A stretch of DNA of 60,693 nt from a virus (Duplodnaviria; Heunggongvirae; Uroviricota; Caudoviricetes): positions 128,001 through 188,693 of the IMG/VR virus record IMGVR_UViG_3300005077_000002, one strand, 5' to 3'. The translations under genes and the position numbers were made by a program. Under the pieces are notes generated by a model that worked only from the letters and a program-made list of their open reading frames with translations, was not told the origin of the DNA and did no database searches. Each line of letters starts with the position of its first letter. Within the stretch, counting starts at the first letter, position 1. Below, one piece after another: positions 10,601-19,805 of the stretch.

Positions 10601-13600
10601 TACAGTTGATTAACATTTACTGCTTTTATGAATCCTCCACCAGCAGTAACAAACATATCTTGATTTTTGTCATATTTAAGATGCTGTCCTAATGTGGATG
10701 CGTTTTTAACATCATATTCCACATCATTTATAGAGAATAATCCTTTAACTTTATGTGTGTGTGCACCATATCTAACTGCATCCGGGTTTGACGCAGCATA
10801 AACGCCACCTGTTTTCCAAGCATCTCTTTTGCCTGGCATAATAACATTTTGTATTCTGTAAGGACTAGCATGCACCAATTCCATGTGTCTAAGATCACTG
10901 TAGTGTAAAGCACCTATTTCATTATACATTTGTTTGTATTTGTTAGATGCTGCTATCTGATCCATAGTCTTTTCAGCTTTGTCGACGAAATACTTTCTGG
11001 ATCCAACAGTATTAAATATAGCATCAGTGTATCTAAAGTCTGCTCCAATAGGTACTTTAGTTATAGGCTGAATAGCAGTTCCAAGCAATCTAGATAATTT
11101 AGCTGATAACGATTTAGATTGTTGAGCTTTAAAGTATAACGATCTACCAATATTAAATGAAATATCTTTTGCGATACCTTGCCATGGAGATCCAAAACCC
11201 ATGTCAGAACCAATTCCTTGAACATACGGAGTATGCTTTTTACGAGACTCAGACCGCATGCCTTCATCAGCCATGGCTGATAGAACCCAGCCCTGGGTAG
11301 TCTCTGACATCTGACGCATGTATTTCTGGTCGCGGGTGGCCAGGTACAGCATGTGAGCATTATAGTATTTTGCCCTGTCAAAGTATTCAGCTAGTTCACT
11401 TTCCTCTTCGAATTTATCCGGAATGTATTTCGTGCCGGTAATGTTTCTGTATGCGCCATGCATGAATCCATACAAAGCGCCTAAAGGCATCGTCAGAGAA
11501 CCTAGTACAGGTCCGCCAAGTAATGATCCGCCAAGACCAAAACTTATGGCACCCTGGACCGGATCAGTTACTGATGTAAGCCCGCGGCTATATGGTTCGA
11601 TCCAATGATCAATTGGTTTATTCCATAGTTTGAATTCCCGGCCGTACAGAACATTGCGTTCATACTGTTCATCAGGAGAGTACAAACCAAACAGTTTTGT
11701 GTGTAATGGACTTTTTAAGTGGGTAAACTTTTCCCATAGCGAACCAGCAACACGTTCCGCGGCGCCATACTCAGCAGCAGCTTTTATGTTTTCATTCAAT
11801 GAGTAGTTTTCATACTCAACATCAGGAGACATGATCTTAGACCACTTGAATCTGTACGGATGCATCTCCTGCTTCCACATCATAGCATTATGCTGGCGCT
11901 GCAGTTTGTCGTACTGTGCCTGTTCCTCAACATCCAGTATACCAAGCTCGTACTGTTTATCAAGTACGCGCATGTTATCTTTGAATTCCTGGCTAAACGG
12001 ATCAGCATTAAGAAGAACCCGGGCACGGTCAAGATTGCTGTAACCTTCAGCGGCTGTGCCATAACCCTGCTGCAGATATTTTGCTGCAAGGCTTCTGGCT
12101 TCATGCAATCTGTTTATACTTTCCTGATATAATGCCGGATCGTATTTAACATTGAATGATCTAATCTGGGTAGGATCATCACGATTTACATAGAGCAGTG
12201 TGCCACTTTTTGAATTAAGGATATGTGAATACAGATTTAACTGAACTTGGTGTTCGTACTTGGGTTTGAACAGTTTCTTAAAACCTTCGCCGCCAATAGT
12301 CTTTATTTCTACGGGGTGTTCACCACGCATATCCCGTATAAGAACGTCCACATAACCTTTAATGTTTTCATAAGGATCTACAACAAGGGCCTCTGACTGA
12401 ACCGAATCGCTGTATCGTGTCAGCATTTCCTGCACGATTCTGTGAGATCTGGTACCTTCCTCAAGAATCTCTTCGGAGCGTTCATCCATGTCCTGGCGCA
12501 AACCGATCATATTCAAAGCCTGGGTATACGCGTCTTTGCCTAAAGATGAAGGGCCGGATGGGAAAGTAAGTTTTACGTCATTTACACTTTCATAGCCTTC
12601 GCCAGGTAGCAGCAGCTCGCCTTGAGGTATTTTAGTATTATGAGTCAGAGCACCAGCAACGCAGAATGAGTCGTCCGAATCTACTTCAAAGCCGTATACA
12701 AATCCTTCGTAGTGCTGGGTTGTTATGGATTCTATTTTGATTTGCGCAAAGTCATAACAGGAATTATTCCTATCGTAACCAAAGGTAATAAAATCTTTTT
12801 CCGCTTCAGAAGAGAAATGGCTAACAGGAGGATTGTACCCGCACAATTGCCCGAGATACGTTGCATTAACATTTGTGTAGTATACACTGCTGCCATTGAT
12901 TCTTCCTGGAATTGCATGCTGCAGCATATATGACCATGCCTGGTAAGCAAGGTATTCATTAGGCATATCGAACCATAGATTATCGTGCTGATCCATTCTC
13001 GAGAACGGAATAAGAAACTGCAGGAATATAGGCATTGACACACCGAAGAATGCAGCAGGCAACCCGTCATTAATAAGTGATTTTACAAAGTTTTGGATGC
13101 CTTGCACACCATAATGACCACGCGCTGTTGGACTGACATTAAGTAATTCTTTTGTCAGATTTACAGCTTCTTTAGCATCAGCGCCCTTCAGCGTGAGCGC
13201 ATTACTATTTAAATCAACTGATTTTAACAGCAGACCACATAACCTGGAAAACTTGCCGGTTATATTTACACCGTTAATCATGGTCGTTCTGGAATCTTCT
13301 TCGACTAATGTTACCCAGCTGGGTACTTTTATTCGCAGTAACGGATAAAGAATTCTGTCTCTATGTGTTAACTCTTCAGCTTTGATCCACTGTTTATTGA
13401 TGTAGAAAGGGTGTTCACTTGTAACTTTTATGGGCCACGGTATACCTTTAAGCTTTATAACATAAATGTCTTCGTTTACGAATCTAGGAGCTACACGCCG
13501 CACAGGATAGAATCTACCATGCATGGTACGAATCAGATCACCTGGAACAACGTCACTTGCCGGTTTTAAACTGCCGGCTACTTCAATATAGGTATCAGGA

Positions 13601-16600
13601 GTTACGCAGTACGGATCGCCTGCCTTAAATTTGTCAGGCATCCAACCTGGCATTTTATTAGATAGCGGATTTACTTTTTCATAATTGTATCTGGGTCTCG
13701 GGAATAAACGACGGAAACCTTCGCTGAGCATGAATGTATCACCGAGATTGGAATCCCACATGGACCTTGTAAAAGAATCCATTTCACTGGCAGCAGCGAA
13801 AGCAGGTTGGTCACTGTACGGAGCATCCCCGCCCCACAACAGATTACTACCAACGAAACCGATAATACCGGCAGGTTCAGTAAACTGACGGTATAACATT
13901 TCCGATAATATCTGTCGTGTATCAAACGGAGATGCAACTTCCCCGTGCGTGTATTCCCCTATGGCACTTGGTATAGCCGCGCTGAACTGGTTATCTGATC
14001 CTTCAAGTCCAAGATACGGAGCGCCGGAATAAATACCTCCGTAACCCCACAGATTGTCCTGGCCGTCAGACACACCACCCAACAGAGCTTCAGTTGCGGA
14101 TTCTTCGTGCATAGCACTTACTTTACCAAACGGATGTATAAGATTGTACGCACGGCCAATGGTAGGTCCAAGTATGGCTCCGAGTAACGGTACTTCCGAG
14201 AATGGAACATCCGGTACAACGTACGGACGACGTTCTGCTTGTTTGTTGGTAAGATACTGTGGATTGATTATGTCACCCACACTGAAATCAATAAATGGCA
14301 AATCTTTGAATATAAGTTCTTCGAATTTGCTGCCATACAGAACATCCGTAGACTTATACTGCGATTTCAGTTTAGTGTACCATGATGGCACCCAGGCCTG
14401 GATGCGGCCGCCTTCAATCGGAGTACTACCGAGAGACCAACCGGCGCCCTTCCTGTAAGGAATGCTTTCTTTACCTGAATAGATATCTTTTAATTCATCA
14501 TAGCTTTTTGTAATGTCAGTAACAAAAGGTGCCAGCGGTGGCAGGATAGCTAAAGACGACAGCGGCGTGTCATCCAGCTGAGTCTGGGTGTAGCGGTTAA
14601 TGGCGCCACCTACTAAAGCACCCGGCAGACCACCTAGGAATAATCCGGTAACGGCTCCTGGCAGTATACTGGTTGATTTAGGCATCAAGCCTTCCATGTA
14701 TTGAGCCATATCCGTAATACCGGCTATGTCAAATACTTTGGCTGATGCCAGCCTGGCATTGACTAGCTGGTCAGCGGCTGCAACTGTAATTCCTTCATCT
14801 AGTGCAGTACCGCTGAACATTGGATTGACATCAAAGAACGTATCGGCTGATCTATAGGCAAATGCAGCAGCTGAAGCGTAAGCAAAGCGCTTACCCCACA
14901 ATCCGAGTACACTATTATCCCAATTTAATTTGTTATCTTTAAGTTTAGGCAGGAACTCACTGTACTTCTGTCTACTCCAGCCTAATCCAATAAAGTCTAA
15001 TGCTGTACCAAACGTATCGTAAATGTAGTAACCGCCAAGCTCAAGCAGCGTCTTAGGATCTTTTTCCACAGCGATATAAGGATCCCTGTGGGCAACCATT
15101 GATGCTTCCCGGAACATTTGTTCACGGTATCTATTGGGTGTACTGTACTTTACGAACGAACCTATCTCTTTTGAAAATCTCTCAAGAGTACCGGCCTCAT
15201 CAGCTTCTTTAAGTACGCTTAGCAGTCCATTAAACACTTCCGTTGGATCATTACCACTATCCGGAGAAACGACATCTCGTACGCGCATGTACTGAGAACC
15301 AACCCGGAACTTCTCACTGACGAAAAGCATTTCAGTGAGAGCGCGGTCGCGACGATTGGTCGTTGAGCCTATTACATTATTAACGACATTGACAACACGT
15401 TTAGCCAGAGTGTTGCCGGCATCCTTAATTGTTAATTCATTAACGGCGCCCTGCCCTGCTGCGGACGACATTCTGTAGTTGGCAATAAATCTTACTAGCT
15501 TATCACTTATCTGTTCACCAACCGGATTATAGAATTCGTTGTCACTGGCGTTTGCAAGATGCTTGTACAGCTGTCTGATTTCAGTGGCACCACGGGTGGT
15601 GTCAATGTACTGTGAGCCCTGTCTAAGAATAAGACCTACAGCTTCATTTGCTGTTTTAGGATTCGAAAGAATATTGTCTACACCGAGTTTACGTATTTCG
15701 GCAAACAGTTCAGCATCTACATCAGGTGAAGTTGTTTTTGCAGTAAGTGGTTTTAAAAACTCGTTGAATACTTCGCGTCTATTAATAACATGACTGGTTT
15801 GTTTATTCAGTGCGTAAAATGCTGAATCAACTGTTTCCAAATAGGATAATAGCTTATCAGTGGATTCTTTAGTGGTGTATTTCTTTATGTCAAAGCCGTA
15901 TTCCTGCAGAAAACGATTACTGTTTTTATTAAACAACCGTTTCATACTGGCGTTGCCGGTATAAACTTTTAGCAGGTCAATAGCGCTAACATCACTAAGC
16001 GAATCACCTCCAAACAAATCCAGCTTTTCATACAGGAATTTGCGGGCTTTGCCAAGCGGACCAGTACCAAATTCACGAACAGTATCAGGAACAAAACCAG
16101 GATCAATAAGTAGTTTGTGGGCCTGCGCCATAACATTACGCAATTTGCTATGGTGCATGGCTGGTAACAATGCCAGAGTAGATCTGGTGATTGGCTTATA
16201 TTCGAATATGCCGCTGCCATTGTCTCGCAGAATATACATCGTGGAGCCGCGTTTACTTTGATCACGCAAGTAAACACCGACACCTCTAAGGGCATTTTCT
16301 CTATTTTCTTTGGGCTGATAAGATTCGAACTTAACAAACTTCGGTACTGATTCTTTGTATTGTGGCAGCAGCGCATTACCAGCAATGATCTGATTATCAC
16401 CAGATACTATAAGATCAGGAGCCTGACTGCGTAATAGATTAAGCTGGAATATGGCCGGCACATCAAAACGTCTGCCAAAAGATAGAGGTTTGGTGGCCCA
16501 GTGCAATGCCCTGCGCATCATTGCACCTGGAGTTACTTCAGATAAGTCTACAAGTTTGCGGCGCTTTACATCAAAGTATACATCTTTTTTATATAATAAA

Positions 16601-17955
16601 TCTAATCTGGAACGACGCGCATTGAGCAGTTTTTCATCAGGACGTAAACCCCATATATATCTGAATGCTGCTTTCTGCGAATCACCTGTAATGGTTTCAT
16701 TTCTGTAAGCTTTACTGGCACCGGTCAGCATGGTAATATGCTGTTTGTACAGGGCAGCATCTACTTCTTTGATATGCTTTAATCTGGCCGGCACCAGTCC
16801 AAGAGCTTTTGTAAGCAGACGTCTTTTAGGTGCAACCGTTACTGATCTGTATAATCCTTCCTGTAACTCGCTGCCTACTTTATTATCCGCATTAGTATTG
16901 CGCAGTAATTCGTAGAATTCTGCATTATCTATTGTGCCACGATCGTCAAACAGGAACTGTTTATGTACAGTAGATACTCCAAACTTATTGGAAATACTGC
17001 CGCTCTGAGCTTTCCACTCTTTCTTGAATATATAAAGTCTCTCGAGAGCCGTGTTAATCGGATTCTTATTAACTCTGTATTTGAATAGTTTGGTATTATC
17101 TTTTACAAGAAATAGTCCATGACCGGACTGGCCGCCAGTCTGGTTATAGGCGTATCTGTAAGCATTGCCAACAGCATGCAGTTTAGTATCAGATTTCTTG
17201 ATAAGATTGTTGGCATTGGCCAGCAGATCCGTAATGAATTCTCCGGATGCTGTGCCTTCAAGGGATCTATTAAGTTTGTTGGAAACAATATTACGCAGAG
17301 CCGGAGCGGCTGTAGTAATTCCGCGAAACGGCAAATCAATGGCAACAAAGGACGGTAACCACTTGGCAAAGTTTACAGCATGCCCGGGTAGGTTCCACCA
17401 GTCCGGATGCCACTCTTTTTGTCTCTCAATACTGTCCCTGTTAAGAATGCCGACAGCCTGCTCACCGACATAGAACAATGGAGCGGTTACGGCCAGCTCC
17501 TTGAGATATAAAGCTCCGGCACTCTTAAGCAGATCTGTTTTCTCACTGCCTGGCATACTCCAGAAACGTTTTAGCATTGCGGTGCTGCGCAGACCGCCGC
17601 TCATCCTGGAAGAGAATTTACGGGCTTCTAAACTTGTTTCATCCAAGTATCTGGACATCTCGGCAAAAGAGCCAAGTAGGCCATCAGATGATTTGAGCGG
17701 GGATTTACGTATTAATTCGCTGACGCTGGTTATGTCTTTGGTAACGGCTGTATCACGCAGTACCTTAAGAGTACCAGTTACTTTGGGGGAATCTTTGAGC
17801 AGGGTTACCAGACGTTTGCTGGCCATGGACATGGCGCCCATACCAACCTTGGTATATAAGCCCCATGCTGCAAAGGATACCGCTAGTCCACCTACTGTTT
17901 TAAGTAGGGAACTACTGGTTTCCTGCTGTTCCATTTGATTCTCGAATTCAGCCAT
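7642..17955 (-). CDS. Giant tape-measure-position / ejected polyvalent protein (3437 aa) with intein, PD-(D/E)xK nuclease, nucleotidyltransferase, ART-like and HExxH modules
   Basis: Directly follows two tail-assembly-chaperone-like genes. Has Gly-rich hydrophobic segments (PGAVTGLFLGGLPGALVGG, GAISFGLGGSLLGGPVLG) and the embedded motifs listed separately. Confidence 0.65.
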   Translation of the reverse strand: MAEFENQMEQQETSSSLLKTVGGLAVSFAAWGLYTKVGMGAMSMASKRLVTLLKDSPKVTGTLKVLRDTAVTKDITSVSELIRKSPLKSSDGLLGSFAEMSRYLDETSLEARKFSSRMSGGLRSTAMLKRFWSMPGSEKTDLLKSAGALYLKELAVTAPLFYVGEQAVGILNRDSIERQKEWHPDWWNLPGHAVNFAKWLPSFVAIDLPFRGITTAAPALRNIVSNKLNRSLEGTASGEFITDLLANANNLIKKSDTKLHAVGNAYRYAYNQTGGQSGHGLFLVKDNTKLFKYRVNKNPINTALERLYIFKKEWKAQSGSISNKFGVSTVHKQFLFDDRGTIDNAEFYELLRNTNADNKVGSELQEGLYRSVTVAPKRRLLTKALGLVPARLKHIKEVDAALYKQHITMLTGASKAYRNETITGDSQKAAFRYIWGLRPDEKLLNARRSRLDLLYKKDVYFDVKRRKLVDLSEVTPGAMMRRALHWATKPLSFGRRFDVPAIFQLNLLRSQAPDLIVSGDNQIIAGNALLPQYKESVPKFVKFESYQPKENRENALRGVGVYLRDQSKRGSTMYILRDNGSGIFEYKPITRSTLALLPAMHHSKLRNVMAQAHKLLIDPGFVPDTVREFGTGPLGKARKFLYEKLDLFGGDSLSDVSAIDLLKVYTGNASMKRLFNKNSNRFLQEYGFDIKKYTTKESTDKLLSYLETVDSAFYALNKQTSHVINRREVFNEFLKPLTAKTTSPDVDAELFAEIRKLGVDNILSNPKTANEAVGLILRQGSQYIDTTRGATEIRQLYKHLANASDNEFYNPVGEQISDKLVRFIANYRMSSAAGQGAVNELTIKDAGNTLAKRVVNVVNNVIGSTTNRRDRALTEMLFVSEKFRVGSQYMRVRDVVSPDSGNDPTEVFNGLLSVLKEADEAGTLERFSKEIGSFVKYSTPNRYREQMFREASMVAHRDPYIAVEKDPKTLLELGGYYIYDTFGTALDFIGLGWSRQKYSEFLPKLKDNKLNWDNSVLGLWGKRFAYASAAAFAYRSADTFFDVNPMFSGTALDEGITVAAADQLVNARLASAKVFDIAGITDMAQYMEGLMPKSTSILPGAVTGLFLGGLPGALVGGAINRYTQTQLDDTPLSSLAILPPLAPFVTDITKSYDELKDIYSGKESIPYRKGAGWSLGSTPIEGGRIQAWVPSWYTKLKSQYKSTDVLYGSKFEELIFKDLPFIDFSVGDIINPQYLTNKQAERRPYVVPDVPFSEVPLLGAILGPTIGRAYNLIHPFGKVSAMHEESATEALLGGVSDGQDNLWGYGGIYSGAPYLGLEGSDNQFSAAIPSAIGEYTHGEVASPFDTRQILSEMLYRQFTEPAGIIGFVGSNLLWGGDAPYSDQPAFAAASEMDSFTRSMWDSNLGDTFMLSEGFRRLFPRPRYNYEKVNPLSNKMPGWMPDKFKAGDPYCVTPDTYIEVAGSLKPASDVVPGDLIRTMHGRFYPVRRVAPRFVNEDIYVIKLKGIPWPIKVTSEHPFYINKQWIKAEELTHRDRILYPLLRIKVPSWVTLVEEDSRTTMINGVNITGKFSRLCGLLLKSVDLNSNALTLKGADAKEAVNLTKELLNVSPTARGHYGVQGIQNFVKSLINDGLPAAFFGVSMPIFLQFLIPFSRMDQHDNLWFDMPNEYLAYQAWSYMLQHAIPGRINGSSVYYTNVNATYLGQLCGYNPPVSHFSSEAEKDFITFGYDRNNSCYDFAQIKIESITTQHYEGFVYGFEVDSDDSFCVAGALTHNTKIPQGELLLPGEGYESVNDVKLTFPSGPSSLGKDAYTQALNMIGLRQDMDERSEEILEEGTRSHRIVQEMLTRYSDSVQSEALVVDPYENIKGYVDVLIRDMRGEHPVEIKTIGGEGFKKLFKPKYEHQVQLNLYSHILNSKSGTLLYVNRDDPTQIRSFNVKYDPALYQESINRLHEARSLAAKYLQQGYGTAAEGYSNLDRARVLLNADPFSQEFKDNMRVLDKQYELGILDVEEQAQYDKLQRQHNAMMWKQEMHPYRFKWSKIMSPDVEYENYSLNENIKAAAEYGAAERVAGSLWEKFTHLKSPLHTKLFGLYSPDEQYERNVLYGREFKLWNKPIDHWIEPYSRGLTSVTDPVQGAISFGLGGSLLGGPVLGSLTMPLGALYGFMHGAYRNITGTKYIPDKFEEESELAEYFDRAKYYNAHMLYLATRDQKYMRQMSETTQGWVLSAMADEGMRSESRKKHTPYVQGIGSDMGFGSPWQGIAKDISFNIGRSLYFKAQQSKSLSAKLSRLLGTAIQPITKVPIGADFRYTDAIFNTVGSRKYFVDKAEKTMDQIAASNKYKQMYNEIGALHYSDLRHMELVHASPYRIQNVIMPGKRDAWKTGGVYAASNPDAVRYGAHTHKVKGLFSINDVEYDVKNASTLGQHLKYDKNQDMFVTAGGGFIKAVNVNQLYHMPKGNKLARLSERMLSKYSKYVDDEERLYRIAVSRNKKVFKGDYFSTLNNIELSARYSELLSSIPGSKIMLDLQGRRVLKVKGHKYTIPVINDRDKVNPDWVPRGSRIALDPSAEINNASKFMTEFEQSTGHKIFIKGGAARAKYSGLDDSYVKDIDFLVIPQTGSSVEQALIDSKDYLIRNKTAADIGVEHSLQDFFRSTDLTINQVVVDKANNIIITNRAIKDYKNKVLRTTGYQQIVSDRDRQLYRVAKFKQKREFSGWTDKMRVRIHGTKTKEAYLSKVLRTSDDISKLESAGNLDRLSTYNTTVISAETGALSSAIRHFHNPAAKNLGPDKGFGSPWRGLLGVRRAAVSRSGAVGVSLGKRLMDYPEYLSYIDHNKDVKYAKDIIYAANIPQKVLNLIATKSQAISTRSIIMHERAHDMLTRVEHDLPYISFELHTALRKSPIKYYLRKQFLKSKGYDTDDITSVVSEAFAYTSEKYKQGSWYLNSNKEALSWLVNKTFPKLDNQLNDQLINSLMRASVLWKKNIVQNRIGYNAYVRLLENDIVRREKDISKMLAVRRSFSANTESTLSGKARFVNKIEQDPVVNTTIDEQLAQLENNAKRWIDIENAAKNKLASADDELWAYNWMNTKDINKDLYDRAVREVTRRKEEYFKTHGTTLKDDPLSRMIDNNFFTNKIDDTVDAVAGTAVSQIKAQEVNTQSAVLGTDVFPTWLTAMLAGSPVALTMLKGEESPISADSRHMHNPSAMGLGADKGFGSPWQGIDVAESLIQGQVNDKEVENEIENSMLGLSIKGLPAWDKPYLFPFAKTTDEEERANILKMVDPQMRAILETTWGDRNDIPKYAEDMKDYFHKYQHPSMASQLMHPATKMEDVQLKTIQAYGHDAHDFGLGWRQQEDRIRNSPFDIEPIDINGESEEPQLLDLDQDDIQELLQSAMSNFGLGNASVVVRNIPGGSNTINLNLKVSRDRSNVDYINELGLRD
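9835..10200 (-). other. Class II CCA-adding / poly(A) polymerase-like nucleotidyltransferase head domain within the 3437-aa protein
   Basis: IKGGAARAK...KDIDF...STDLTINQ...DYKNKVLR...LYRVAKF parallels the canonical VGGAVRD...DIDI...RRDFTINA...DL..R...LRAVRF; coordinates approximate. Confidence 0.75.
12130..12460 (-). other. PD-(D/E)xK (RecB/Cas4-like) nuclease domain within the 3437-aa protein
   Basis: GTRSH...E...KGYVD...VEIKT...HQVQLNLY motif order; coordinates approximate. Confidence 0.8.
12637..13608 (-). mobile_element. Intein (324 aa) in the 3437-aa protein, with a degenerate LAGLIDADG-like middle
   Basis: Starts CVTPDTYIEV, has block B KVTSEHPF and blocks F/G VYGFEVDSDDSFCVAGALTHN, with Thr at +1. 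Exteins join as GDPY|TKIP. Confidence 0.9.
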
Positions 17956-18490
17956 TTAACTTGGATCGTTCTTTACTTAATCTAGCTAATAATTGTTTGG
18001 CGGGATCTGTTTCTTTGTGCTTATTAAATAAGCTCGTGCCAGTCATCTTTTCTACAAGAGCTGCTATCTGCAGCAGCCTTTCCATAGGTGTATCCAGTAA
18101 TTTAAGTATATCGGTATTCGGAAAGTTCTTTACTATGGCCGCGGCCAGGGCGTAAGAAGAATTAGATGATACAATACCATCAGCCCACTTATCATAGTAT
18201 TCCATATCAAAAGATCCATCCTTCAAGATCGGAATACTTGAATTCATGATAGCTTCGTGCAACACGTACATAGAGCCGACTAATTGAAAATCCAGTTGCT
18301 TCGGTTCAATAACTGCCAATGCAACCGTGGCTTCAACCCAGTCTTTTGTTTTCTGTGAGGATTCGAGTTCGGATAACACAGTTATCTCATTCGGAGTCAG
18401 GCTGCGATAATAAATGTCCGTGTCTTCAACACGTATAAGTGTGATTGGTCCGTATTTGGCTTTGAGTGTAAGTAATTCTAATTCAGTCAA
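17948..18490 (-). CDS. Tail assembly chaperone-like protein 2 (TTG start)
   Basis: LKAKYGPI...IYYRSLT is paralogous to the upstream 121-aa ORF; lies immediately before the giant tape-measure-like gene. Confidence 0.6.
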   Translation of the reverse strand: MTELELLTLKAKYGPITLIRVEDTDIYYRSLTPNEITVLSELESSQKTKDWVEATVALAVIEPKQLDFQLVGSMYVLHEAIMNSSIPILKDGSFDMEYYDKWADGIVSSNSSYALAAAIVKNFPNTDILKLLDTPMERLLQIAALVEKMTGTSLFNKHKETDPAKQLLARLSKERSKLNG

Positions 18491-18510
18491 TGCACACAGT
18501 CCTTAAAATG

Positions 18511-18543
18511 AAAAAGGCGGACCCTACAACGTAGGCCCCGCCT
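18511..18543 (-). terminator. Intrinsic terminator between the two chaperone genes
   Basis: Minus strand AGGCGGGGCCTAC-GTT-GTAGGGTCCGCC-TTTTT. Confidence 0.75.
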
Positions 18544-18582
18544 GTATAAAGTGTCCGGTGTAGGTTGTCTTTATTTGCTGTA

Positions 18583-18948
18583 TTATAACCGGATAGGAAC
18601 AGATGAAGCCGAAAATCCGGACAATTTCATCATTCCGCTTGAAAGTGTCTGCATAACGCCGGCACCAATATTATCCCAGTTTATACTGTCGTATGACGGG
18701 AATAACAGCAACGTTTTAACCGTGAATTCATCTGAGTCAGTAACGTTCTCAAGTTTACCGGTGGCTAGCAAAGCGCGGTGCTCTGCCCTGTTCATGATTC
18801 TATAAATGTAAGGTTGGCCGGCCACTTCGATCATCTCGATGAGTCCGTACTTTTTCTTCCATTCTTCAACCTGGTCCATAGTCGGGCCACCAGGGAAAAG
18901 AACATCTTGGTTAAGTTCTGTGGTTACAGTCTCTTCGGACATTTCCAT
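18583..18948 (-). CDS. Tail assembly chaperone-like protein 1
   Basis: EEWKKKYG...YIYRIMNRAE pattern, strong SD (TAAGGAG), own promoter motif and terminator. Confidence 0.65.
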   Translation of the reverse strand: MEMSEETVTTELNQDVLFPGGPTMDQVEEWKKKYGLIEMIEVAGQPYIYRIMNRAEHRALLATGKLENVTDSDEFTVKTLLLFPSYDSINWDNIGAGVMQTLSSGMMKLSGFSASSVPIRL

Positions 18949-18986
18949 ATGATCTCCTTATAAGGTTAATATTTTATGTTACGCAT

Positions 18987-18997
18987 TAGATATGTCA
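18987..18997 (-). promoter_or_regulatory. Phage promoter-like motif TGACATATCTA
   Basis: 38 nt upstream of chaperone 1. Confidence 0.7.
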
Positions 18998-19804
18998 CGA
19001 TTTGGAATTTGTAATTATATCTAATCTATAAGGTGCATTAAATTTCCAAACATATTTTGCTATAAAAGCATAATCTTCACTTACAGGATTGCCATCAGCT
19101 CCAACTGAATGACTAACACTGGTGATATGCATATCCTTGATTACATAACTGTTTGTCAAAGGTTCAATACTATTATTAAAATCATAGACATTGGCATACA
19201 TGTCAACACCACAGAAATCAATTGGAGATTGCGCATATGTTTTTGGTGTTAGGAAATCTTGGATTAAAATAGCAGATGACAGCGGCAGACTGAATAAACC
19301 ATTCACCAGCATCTGGCCTCCCATCATGGCATCCATAAGTGTGCTGGCATGATTGAACAACGGCTGCTGCCGGTAACTGCTTGACCACTGCAAAGTGGAT
19401 ATAGGTATTTCCTGTGGTTCACCAATTAAAAAGTATACTTTTACATTGCTGCCACAATAATATCCTTCCCTGGAATAACTTGGTTTTGTTCGGTCATTAA
19501 TAATTTTAGCCAAGTCAGCTTCTGAAGATGGGTTTAGGCTATTGAATGCTGGTGCTATATCAAATAATTCTAACTGTACACTATCGTTCATACCACATAC
19601 AGCAGATACTTTAGTTTCTTTGTCTTCAACATAATACATAATATCATCAACAGCTGGTATTGTAGCAACGCCCATATCATTTGTTTTAATTGAAAATGAT
19701 GGTTTGTCAGCATCAATTTCAGTTTGTTTGTACACATCTATAATTCTGTTTGGTTCAATAATTATTTCAGAATTAATTATCTTTACTGTTGTTACTGTAA
19801 TCAT
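18995..19804 (-). CDS. Tail-tube-fold baseplate/hub protein
   Basis: C-terminal half (YCGSNVKVY...QPLF...NGLF...EDYAFIAK) parallels the tail tube gene at 29478-30098. Confidence 0.55.
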   Translation of the reverse strand: MITVTTVKIINSEIIIEPNRIIDVYKQTEIDADKPSFSIKTNDMGVATIPAVDDIMYYVEDKETKVSAVCGMNDSVQLELFDIAPAFNSLNPSSEADLAKIINDRTKPSYSREGYYCGSNVKVYFLIGEPQEIPISTLQWSSSYRQQPLFNHASTLMDAMMGGQMLVNGLFSLPLSSAILIQDFLTPKTYAQSPIDFCGVDMYANVYDFNNSIEPLTNSYVIKDMHITSVSHSVGADGNPVSEDYAFIAKYVWKFNAPYRLDIITNSKS

Positions 19805-19805
19805 A

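Noticed and set aside
12130-12460. Calling the nuclease domain cas4
   Set aside because: It lacks the four-Cys Fe-S cluster motif and any CRISPR context, so it is treated as a generic PD-(D/E)xK domain.
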